DNA of 64,000 bases, taken from assembly GCA_963735175.1 (NCBI GenBank), contig CAVTJX010000018.1, forward strand, positions 1,061-65,060, read 5' to 3'. This DNA is from an uncultured bacterium. Lineage in GTDB: Bacteria; Electryoneota; RPQS01. Under the pieces are notes generated by a model. The model did no database searches. It was not told the origin of the DNA and was given only the letters and a program-made list of their open reading frames with translations. Positions 55,985 through 64,000 of the stretch are shown piece after piece (position 1 is the stretch's first letter; each line of letters starts with the position of its first letter). Position numbers and translations under genes: made by a program.

Positions 55985-56855
55985 GTGGCAGCGATCATTG
56001 ATGGAAAGACCATTGGCAAGCAAATTCAGAGTGAAGTCGAAGCCGATGTCCAGCGCCTGAAAGCCGAACGCGGCGTCGTGCCCGGCCTCGCCGTCGTGCT
56101 CGTCGGCGACGACCCCGCCTCCAAACTCTACACGGGCATGAAGGCCAAGACCTGCGCAAAACTCGGCATGCACTCCGTCCTGCAAACCCACGCCGCCGAC
56201 ATCTCGCAGGACGCGCTGCTGGCGATCATCGACAGCCTCAACGCCGATCCCGCCATCCACGGCATTCTCGTCCAGCTTCCGCTGCCGCGTCACATCGACT
56301 CGCACGCCGATCCTCCACCGCATCGATCCCCGCAAGGATGTCGATGGCCTGCACCCGTTCAATGTCGGACTGCTGGCCGGCGGCGAACCGCGCGTCATCC
56401 CCTGCACGCCCTACGGCATCTGTGAACTGCTGGTGCGCTCCAACGTCACCATCGCGGGTCGCGAAGTCGTGATCCTCGGCCGCTCCAATCTCGTCGGCCG
56501 TCCGCTTTCCATTCTCCTCTCCACCAAGGGCCGCTTCGGCGACGCCACCGTCACCGTCTGCCACTCGCGCAGCCAGAACCTCGCCGCCGTCTGCCGTCGC
56601 GCCGACATTCTCGTCGTCGCCATCGGCCAGCGCGAATTCGTCACTGCCGACATGGTGCAGCCCGGCGCCGTCGTCATCGACGTCGGCACGCACCCCGCGC
56701 GCAACGAACCGAGAAAATGGCCGGCGACGTGCACTATCGAAAGCGTCTCCCGAATCGCCTCGCAGATCACGCCCGTGCCCGGCGGCGTCGGCCCCATGAC
56801 CATCGCCATGCTCATGCGCAACTCGGCGGATTCCGCCTTCCGTTTCTCGTCCTGA
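55985..56855 (+). CDS. folD: Methylenetetrahydrofolate dehydrogenase/cyclohydrolase; three frame breaks (~56310, ~56712, ~56738)
   Basis: IIDGKTIGKQI, VLVGDDPAS, HGILVQLPLP, DPRKDVDGLHPFNVG, ILGRSNLVGRPL, PVPGGVGPMT. A short segment KMAGDVHY is readable only in an alternative frame. Confidence 0.9.
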
Positions 56856-56877
56856 CGCTTCAGCCGCACGCCCACCG

Positions 56878-59092
56878 ATGCCCGCACTCTGGACCTACTC
56901 CGTTCGCGATCTGCTTTCCCGGCCCGATCCCTTCGATCGCTCCGCTGAGCCGGACGTCCGCGTGCATCGCCTCGCGCAGGTGCAATTGCGCGCAAATACC
57001 GCCGCTTTCAGCGCGAAGCGACGTTGACGGCGACGCTGCATGTCGCGGGCCGCGACGTCAGTGTGGCGGGCCGCGTCGATGGCTACACGGCTTGTTCCGG
57101 CGGGCGCGATTCTCTACGAGATCAAGCCCGTCCCCGGCAACCCGCGCCAATGGCTCCGGCAGCCCGAATTGCAGCAAGCCCGCTGGCAGCTCCAGCTTTA
57201 CGCCGACCTCGCCGCCCACGCCACAGCGCGCCCCTGGGAAGATCGCCCCGTCGCCGGCGCGGTACTCTATCTCGTCGGTGAAGACGGCAAGCACGCCACC
57301 GAGGAAGTAGACGTCGCTTCTGCTACTGGCATGTTGTCGCGCCGCCTGGAAACCATCCTCGCCCGTGCGGCAGACCGCGCCCGCCGCGACGCGCGTTCTC
57401 AGGATCTCCTCGGCCAGTTCATCGACCGCGACCGCGCCACGGATCGTCCGGCGCAGCAGTCAGCCGATGCAGAACTCGCCACCGTCGACTCGGCCCGTCC
57501 ACTGCTGCTCTCCATGCCCCCCGGCAGCGGCAAGACCCGCCTCGCGCTGCGCCACGGCCTGCGTGAAGCCTTTCGCCTCCGCCTGCCGCTCTATTGGATC
57601 ACCACCAAGGCGAGAGGCCGCGACGAAGTGCTGGCCGAACTTGCGCGTTACACCGCCGCCGGCATTCCGCTGCGCGTCGTCTGGAAGACCGTCGCCGAAC
57701 GCCTCTGCACCTGTGGTCTCGCCCCGGTGGATTGCCCGCGTCACGCGGAAACGCAGACGGGCCTCTTTTTCAACAGCCTGCCCGACCTTCGGTCCCGCGC
57801 CGCGTGGTGGCCTGACGATCTGACGGACTACGCGGAAGCGCACGCGCTCTGCGCGCACGAAATTGCGCGCGAATTGCAGTCCGCCGCCGACGTCGTCATC
57901 GCCGACGTCAATTACCTGCTTAACCCCTCGTCGCTCCTGCGCCATCCGGCGGTGCTTGTGCTGGATGAGGCGCAGAATCTGGCGGAGCGGATTTTCGAAA
58001 ACAGCCGCGTCCGCATTTCCCGCGAAGAACTGCTCGCCCTGGCCTACGAACTCCCCGCCGCAGGCCGCCGCCTCGCGCACGGCCTGCTCTCGGCGGAACT
58101 CTGGGAAGTCGACGGTCCCGACGCGGCCCGCGGGCAATGGCTGCTGTTGAATTCGCTGCTCGCCGCCGGTCACAGCGCTCATCCCGTCGCCCACGCCATT
58201 CGCCGCGCCGCGCGGCTGTGGAGCGCCTACCCCATCGATTATGCCGTGCGCTGGTATCGCGGCTCCTCGCCCGCGCTCATCGGCACGCTGCTGCACGCCG
58301 ACGCCGCGATTCATGCCCTGCTGGAAACGGACGCGCCGGTCATTGCCCTCAGCGGATCACTCCCCGCCGAGGGCGCCGCGCGCGACGTCGTGATCCCCGC
58401 CGCCTCCCGTTTTCACTGCCTCGAAGTCCGCGCCGCCGCCGCGCCTCCCGTCGCCATCGTGCCGCTGCTCGAATTCCGCCATCCGCTGCGCACCGAGGAC
58501 CACGAGGCCGCCACCGACGTTCTGCGCGAACTGCGCGAGCATTTTCCACCCACCATCGCCGTCTTTGGCCAGAACCGCGCTTCCAATGAACTTCTTTCCT
58601 GGCGGTTGCGCGTCCGCGGTTTCACCATTCTGCTCGATGAGGATCTTGCCGACGACTGGTCATCCGCGCTGGCCGCAGCGCCCGATTTCCTCTTCATCAG
58701 CCTCGGCGGCAACCTGTCCGAATCCGTCAATCCACCCGCCGATCTCTTCAGTGCGGCGGTGATTCTCGCCCCCGGACATCGCGCGCCCGACGAATTCGAC
58801 CTGCTGCGCTCTGTCGAGTGGCACTCACGCGCGGAGTGGGGAGGAAGGCGCCGATCCCCGCACCCTCGAAATCGCCGCCCACGCGGTCTCGCGCCTCGTT
58901 CAGGCCGCCGGCCGTGTGCAGCGTTCGCCCGAGCGTCCACGCCCCGTGTTTTTTCTTAACCGCACCTTCGCCGAACCGGATTACCTCCGCGCCTGGCCGC
59001 GCCCCTGGTATGCAAAATCACCGCATGAGTTGGTATTTTCGTCCCTCGCCGAAGCTATTTCACAGTTGAATTCCCTTTGCCATGCGCAGTGA
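56878..59092 (+). CDS. Fusion of an N-terminal PD-(D/E)xK (RecB/Cas4-type) nuclease domain and an XPD/DinG-like Fe-S helicase; three frame breaks (~56990, ~57090, ~58835)
   Basis: Nuclease motifs VAGRVDG, ILYEIKP and WQLQLY. Helicase motifs SMPPGSGKT and VLDEAQN, Cys cluster CTCGLAPVDCPRH...LCAHE, ADVVIADVNYLL, and C-terminal RLVQAAGRVQR. Confidence 0.7.
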
Positions 59093-60950
59093 ACGCCTCG
59101 TCTTCCTCATCACCTTCATTGTCGTTGCGATAGTCTACACACTGACGTCGGCGCCAGGCCTCGGCCTCGTCGACAGTGGTGAGCTCACGACAGCCGCAGC
59201 GACGCTCGGCATCGCCCATCCCACCGGCTATCCGCTTTACACGCTCCTCGGTCACCTCTGGCTGCACCTATTACCGGTCTCACCTGCCCGCGCCATGGTG
59301 CTCTTTTCCGTTATCGCCGGCGCGCTTACGGCGGGAATTCTCTGCGTCATTGCAATTCGCATCCTCGCCCGCGCGCGACAAATCGTGGAATCGGCGCGCG
59401 CGCTTATGGCCGTACTCTTGGCTCTCGGTTTTGCGCTCACGCCGTCCGCCTGGAACGCCATTAGTTTCGCCGAAGTCTATCCGCTCACGGCCCTGCTCGG
59501 CGCGCTCATCCTGTTTTTTGCTTTTGCCGCTCAGGACCGCGCATCCGCATCGCGCGCGCCGTTTATGATCAGTTTCCTCTGGGGCCTGGCTTTTGGCAAT
59601 CACCTCACCATCCTCTGGTTCGCGCCCCTCGTCCTGTTGGTTGTCGGCCGCGATGTGCGCCGTGCCGCCGTACCCAAACAGATGCTGTTCCTTTGCCTTG
59701 GCCTGTTTATCATCGGCGCGTCCGTCAATCTCTTTCTACCCCTGCGCAGTTCCGTCGGCCCGCTGCTCGATTGGGACAGCCCCCGGCATATCGACGGCCT
59801 GATCCGCCATCTGCGGGCCTGGCAGTATCACGAGTGGATGTTCGAAGGCGGTGTCGGCGGTCTCATCCGGAAATTCGGCCGCTACCTGTTCGCCATTCCC
59901 ACCGACATCGGTTGGGCGCTCGACAGCTGCTGACCGCCGCCAGCGTATTCGTGCTGTTTCGCATGCGCAGTTGGCTTTTACGGATGGTATTCATTGTCTG
60001 GCTGATCGGCGTGCTCTACAATCTCAATTACAGCATCCCTGACATCAGCACCTATTTCTATGCCTTCTACGTCCCGCTCTTTTCTAATCGCCGTGTCCGG
60101 ACTGGCCGAAATCATCGCGCTCGTTCCCGCGGCGGGCTGGAAGTGCTCGCCGCCAGCTCATCATGGCAGGACTTTTACTGCTTGTTCCCCTTGCCAGTCT
60201 GGCGCGTGCCTGGAGCACGGCCGATCAAAGCGACAACCGCTTCGCCGAAAGTCTCGCCCGCGAAGTGCTGCGGACGCTTCCCGACAGCGCGCTGGTTTTT
60301 CACGGCAACTGGGATATTCAAAGCCCCAGCCTTTACTTGCAATACATCGAGCACGTCCGTCCGGACGTTGTCATTCTTGACATACTCTCTCATGCAGCGC
60401 CCCTGGTATCTGTGGCAGGAAATGCGCGCTCATCCCGATGTCTTCGCCGGCAGCGAAACCTCCGTGCAAAATTTTATCCGGGAAGTGGCGCCGTTCGAGG
60501 CCGGAAAACCCTTTGACGGCAGGCGCATCGAAACGGTTTTCGTCGCGATGCATTCGCAGATTATGTCCACACAGTTGAAACGCCGCCCGGTCTACCTCCG
60601 CGATGCTCAAACGGGTCACCCCGGCGTCGGGCGGGAATTCGCCCGCTGGCCCGGCGCTTACTTCGTGCGACTTACTGATACGCCCACAGATGAGCCGACG
60701 TCTGGACTCCGAGCGCATTTACCTCCCCCGCCGCGATCCCGATCCTGAGCGCACCCGCTACCTGCTCGGCGAAGTGGCCATCGTGGCCGGAGCGCAGGGG
60801 CATGAAGCCATGAAGCGCGGCGATACGACGACGGTGGCGGCAACTCTCAAAACCGCGCGGCTTGGCGCCGCCGCGAATCCCGTCATTGCCGACTACGTCA
60901 AGCGGGCCGAACTCTTTTTGCAAACCAGTACACAGGACCAGAATCCATGA
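59082..60950 (+). CDS. DUF2723-family polytopic membrane protein (putative glycosyltransferase); about five frame breaks
   Basis: N-terminal VDSGELTTAAATLGIAHPTGYPLYTLLGHL, characteristic of DUF2723. Later segments (IEHVRPDVVILDI, QRPWYLWQEM) are in other frames. Confidence 0.7.
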
Positions 60951-62337
60951 CGCGGCGGGTTTTTCTCTCCGGAATTGGCGGCATTGGTATGGCCAACCTC
61001 GCGGCCTTGTTAAAGCAGGCAGGTTTCGATGTCTCGGGCTTCGACGGAGCCATCTACGAACCCGCGGCCACGGTGCTGCGCCAGGCCGGCATTACGCCGC
61101 AGACGCCCTACGCCGCGAAGAATCTGCCCCTCGACGGCACGCCGATCATCATCGGCAACGCGCAGTCCCGCGGCCATGTGGAAGTGGAAGCCGCCCTCGA
61201 CGCCGGCGCGCCGCTTTATTCCTTTCCCGAATTCCTGCACCGCTTCGTGCTCGAAGACCGGCATTCGATGGTCGTCGCCGGCACCCACGGCAAGAGCAGC
61301 ACCACGGCCTGCCTGTCCCACCTGCTGGCGGCCACGGGACGCGATCCCGGCTTTCTCGTCGGCGCGCTGCCCCTCGATTTCGCCCTCGGCGCCGCCCTCG
61401 GCAAGCCCGGCGGCCCGTTCGTGCTCGAAGGCGACGAATACGACACCGCCTTCTTCGACAAGCGGTCCAAATTCCTGCATTACTTCCCGCGCACGCTGCT
61501 GCTGGGCATCGTCGAATTCGACCACGCCGACATCTTCGCCAGCCGCGAGGAGGTGCTGCTCTTCTTTTCAGCGGCTGCTCCGCATTCTGCCCCGCAATGG
61601 CCGTTTGATTTACGCCAGCGACTGCCAAGCCACGTGCGAACTCGCCGCTGCCGCCCCCTGCCCCACCATCGCCGTCGGAGTGGGGGAGAAGCGCCGCCTG
61701 GAAGCTGCTCCCCGATTTCCGCCGCCTGGCTTTCCGCGACCCCACCGGCCGTGAGCACTCGCTGCCCTTCAACATCCCCGGCCGCCACAACCGCATGAAT
61801 GCCCTCATGGCCCTGGCGGCAGCCGAATCCTATGAATCCGACCCGACCGGCTATCAGACGGCGCTGTTGTCCTTCCGGGGTATCCGCCGCCGCTTTGAGA
61901 AATTACTTGAACTGACAAATCTCGTCGTCTACGACGATTTCGCTCATCATCCCACGGCCATCGCCGCGACCCTCGAGGCGGTGCGCGAGCAGCATCCCGG
62001 CAGCCGCATCATTGCCTGTTTCGAGCCGCGTTCAAACACGATGGTGCGCAATATTTTCCAGCGCGAACTCACCGCCGCTCTGGCCTTGGCCGACCACGCG
62101 ATCCTCGGCACGATTCATCGCCTGGAGCGCATTCCTGAGCCTGACCGGCTTGATTTAAACCGCTTAGTTTCGGATCTTACAGCGAGCGGAACAACGGCGC
62201 GCCAGATGCCTAATGCGAACATCTCCGACCATTTGCTATCTCTTTTGGATACAAAACCATCGGTGATCGTCTTCATGAGCAACGCCAGCTTCGACGGTGT
62301 CCCTGGGCAATTTGTTGAAGCTGTTGCTTTCCACTAA
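60947..62337 (+). CDS. mpl: UDP-N-acetylmuramate:L-Ala-gamma-D-Glu-meso-DAP ligase (murein peptide ligase); two frame breaks (~61565, ~61695)
   Basis: IIIGNAQSRGHVEVEAAL, VAGTHGKSSTT, LEGDEYDTAFFDKRSKFLHYFPRTLLLGIVEFDHADIF, YDDFAHHPTAI, FEPRSNT; closer to Mpl than to MurC. Confidence 0.85.
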
Positions 62338-62366
62338 ATTCATGTCGCTATCCGCGTCTGATCTTC

Positions 62367-62394
62367 GGATTTTGGATTTCGGATTTCGGATTTC
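62367..62394 (+). repeat. Four tandem heptamers GGATTTY
   Basis: GGATTTT GGATTTC GGATTTC GGATTTC. Preceded by the inverted repeat ATCCG(62350-54)/CGGAT(62366-70). Lies 23 nt upstream of the tRNA-Sec candidate. Confidence 0.9.
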
Positions 62395-62417
62395 ACGCGC
62401 AGCGGAAGCTGCTGCGT

Positions 62418-62513
62418 GGGGACGGATGGGGCACTGGTGGCCCTCACGGTCTTCAAAACCGCTCGCGGCCGCCTCACGGTCGGCTGGCTGGGTTCGATTC
62501 CCAGACGTTCCCG
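62418..62513 (+). tRNA. selC: Candidate tRNA-Sec (selC), anticodon UCA
   Basis: Hand fold: acceptor GGGGACGG/ACGTTCCC (7 bp plus G-A); 6-bp/4-nt-loop D arm GGGGCA-CTGG-TGGCCC (one G-G); anticodon loop CTTCAAA (same 7-nt loop as my recollection of E. coli selC); long variable arm (GCGGCCG...CGGTCG); T arm CTGGG-TTCGATT-CCCAG. 96 nt. selA and selB are in the same window. Confidence 0.65.
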
Positions 62514-62667
62514 CTATCATGCCGTACTGCGGCTGTTTATCATTGACTTCTCGGCTGTCCGTTTTAAGACCGGAGCAGGGAGGACCCAATCCTGTCAAGA
62601 ACCCGCCCGGCATGTCGTCGGGCGGCTCCACTCTGCCCGTGTGGATCCTATCTTATGAGGTATTAAT

Positions 62668-63541
62668 ATGATACGCTCAGTGGCCGCGATTCTTACCCTG
62701 CTCCTCATGTCTATATTGGCATTAGCCGAGCCGACAGTCCTTGTGCTGCCGTTTGATCCCATCATTGATTCCGTCTACGGCTATTACGGCGGTAAGGAAT
62801 CCATCCTCGACTATCGAAATGCGCTCGAGCAGATGCTGACGACGGAACTGGGTAAACACCAGGAAATCTGGGTCGTCGAGCCTGCTCGTCTCGATGTTAC
62901 TTTGAACGAACGCAAGCTTAGCCCCGCCCGATGGAATGATCCGGCGCTTGCTTCAGAACTTGCCTCAAGTCTGAGCGCGGATTACGCGGTCATCGGAACC
63001 TATGGCGAATTCTCCAAAGAAATCCGTGTCGATGCCCGCGTGATTATCGCCGCCACCGGAGACGTTCCACCGGGCACACCGTCACTGCCACCGTCGGCCT
63101 TTGGGATGATCTCCCCACGGCTGCAACCCAAATCGCCGCCCAACTGGTACCAATCGTTACCGCCAGTGGTCGTCTGCGACCGACCTCCAAAGGGATGCTC
63201 TTTCCCGAAGGCGATCTCTGCCGCCTACGACCCTAATCGTGCCGCACCACGGGACTATGCGCGTTTAGTCGTCTGGGTGAACGCCCCAGCTCCCCAGATT
63301 ACTGCCGAGCCTGCATCGGCTACCTTTGCCCGCTGCGACCGAATCGACATCATGGCCATTCCAGCCGAAAAACAGCGCACTTCCGCCTGTCAAATGGCCA
63401 TGCTGCCCGCAGGCGCCATCACCGTCCGGATTAATCACCGCGGCTATCTGCCGTACGTCGGATTACCTGACTCTGGTGCCAGGGAAAGCCTACCGCCTCG
63501 AAGTCAACCTGAAACCCATCGAAACCCAGCTTCCCAAGTAG
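62668..63541 (+). CDS. Secreted CsgG/FlgO-like domain protein with C-terminal PEGA-like domain; about four frame breaks (~63065 x2, ~63215, ~63455)
   Basis: Signal peptide, then VLVLPFDPI...LTTELGKHQEIWVVE...LSADYAVIGTYGEFSKEIRVDARVI. The end TLVPGKAYRLEVNLKPIE is in ORF 63326..63541. Confidence 0.5.
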
Positions 63542-63567
63542 CTCTCGCGATCACATTTTCCTCAATT

Positions 63568-63592
63568 GGCGGGCCCGGCTCGCCTTCTTTTT
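63568..63592 (+). terminator. Rho-independent terminator
   Basis: GGCGG-gcccggc-TCGCC followed by TTCTTTTT, 27 nt after the proposed stop at 63541. Confidence 0.5.
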
Positions 63593-63807
63593 GTATACCA
63601 ACAGAAGCGATGGGGGACACAGGGAGCGCCGCGGAATCGAAATCCGGAAACGCCATAACTCCTGCTATCTCAATCCCGGATTCGTACATCTACTCAACAT
63701 AATATATCTTATGTGACTTATGGAATGGTAGCTGGACAAAGACCAAAGCAGCCGATCCCCACCGGGACCGGCCGCCTTATCTACGCCGCTATCGTGCCGA
63801 TCGTCGG

Positions 63808-64000
63808 CTACTTCACGACGATATTGACAATCTTGTTGGGGACCACGATGGTCTTCACCACCTGCTTGCCGTCGACGTGCGGCTTCACCTTTTCCAAATC
63901 CAGCGCCAGCCGCATCAGCTCCTCCTGCGGCGCGTCGCGCATGACCGAAAACGTATCGCGCAGCTTGCCGTTGATCTGCACCGCCACAATCACAAAATCT
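63808..64000 (-). CDS. leuS: Leucyl-tRNA synthetase, C-terminal 64 codons (gene continues beyond the right edge)
   Basis: ...IVAVQINGKLRDTFSVMRDAPQEEL...VVKTIVVPNKIVNIVV matches the conserved LeuS C-terminal tRNA-binding tail. Confidence 0.85.
   Translation of the reverse strand, partial: DFVIVAVQINGKLRDTFSVMRDAPQEELMRLALDLEKVKPHVDGKQVVKTIVVPNKIVNIVVK

Noticed and set aside
62367-62394. The heptamer repeat as a CRISPR array or mini-CRISPR.
   Set aside because: The units are 7 bp and directly abutting, with no spacers, and there are no cas genes nearby. It is a simple tandem repeat.

Overview
GC-rich (roughly 60-65 % by eye), densely coding bacterial chromosomal segment made up mostly of housekeeping operons. 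No rRNA, CRISPR array, transposase or integrase was found.

Gene order, left to right:
- An exopolysaccharide or glycolipid module on the minus strand: three GT2 glycosyltransferases and a NodB deacetylase.
- ligA, efp, accB-accC, an orphan lipoprotein, gcvH-gcvPA-gcvPB.
- A DnaQ-exonuclease/DinG helicase, a methylmalonyl-CoA-epimerase-like gene, uvrC, purL, and rsgA (minus strand).
- A short low-GC spacer with tRNA-Arg(CCG).
- A serine-palmitoyltransferase-like alpha-oxoamine synthase with two GNAT acyltransferases, yifB/comM, and an acyl-CoA/ACP synthetase-like gene.
- A BFN nuclease, then the canonical yceD-rpmF-plsX-fabH-fabD-fabG-acpP-fabF-rnc operon.
- An envelope thiol-redox cluster (PEGA-TlpA lipoprotein, TlpA, beta-barrel), followed by selA.
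- nfeD and an SPFH protein, followed by a PEGA protein, then rluB-like, a small upstream ORF, selB and gpmI.
- A second glycan cluster (GT39-like, Wzx-like flippase, GT1/4-like, GT2), then folD.
- A PD-(D/E)xK-nuclease/XPD-DinG helicase fusion, a DUF2723 membrane protein and mpl.
- A tRNA-Sec candidate, a CsgG/FlgO-like PEGA protein, and the 3' end of leuS.

The dominant caveat is data quality. About 60 conserved genes or gene segments are split between reading frames, including ligA, accC, rpmF, fabH, fabD, uvrC, purL, gpmI, folD, selA and selB. Almost every break can be repaired by deleting one base. I read this as consensus or assembly error rather than pseudogenes, and I annotate these genes as CDS with frame breaks.

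I did not find a clearly novel multi-gene system such as a defence island. The most interesting candidates are:
- the Spt-like/GNAT lipid module;
- the nuclease-armed XPD/DinG helicase;
- the dispersed selenocysteine machinery, including an SD-less selB behind a TGA-terminated upstream ORF and a tRNA-Sec candidate preceded by a heptamer repeat;
- the TlpA/PEGA/barrel cluster abutting selA.

All coordinates of frame breaks are approximate (about +/-15 nt).
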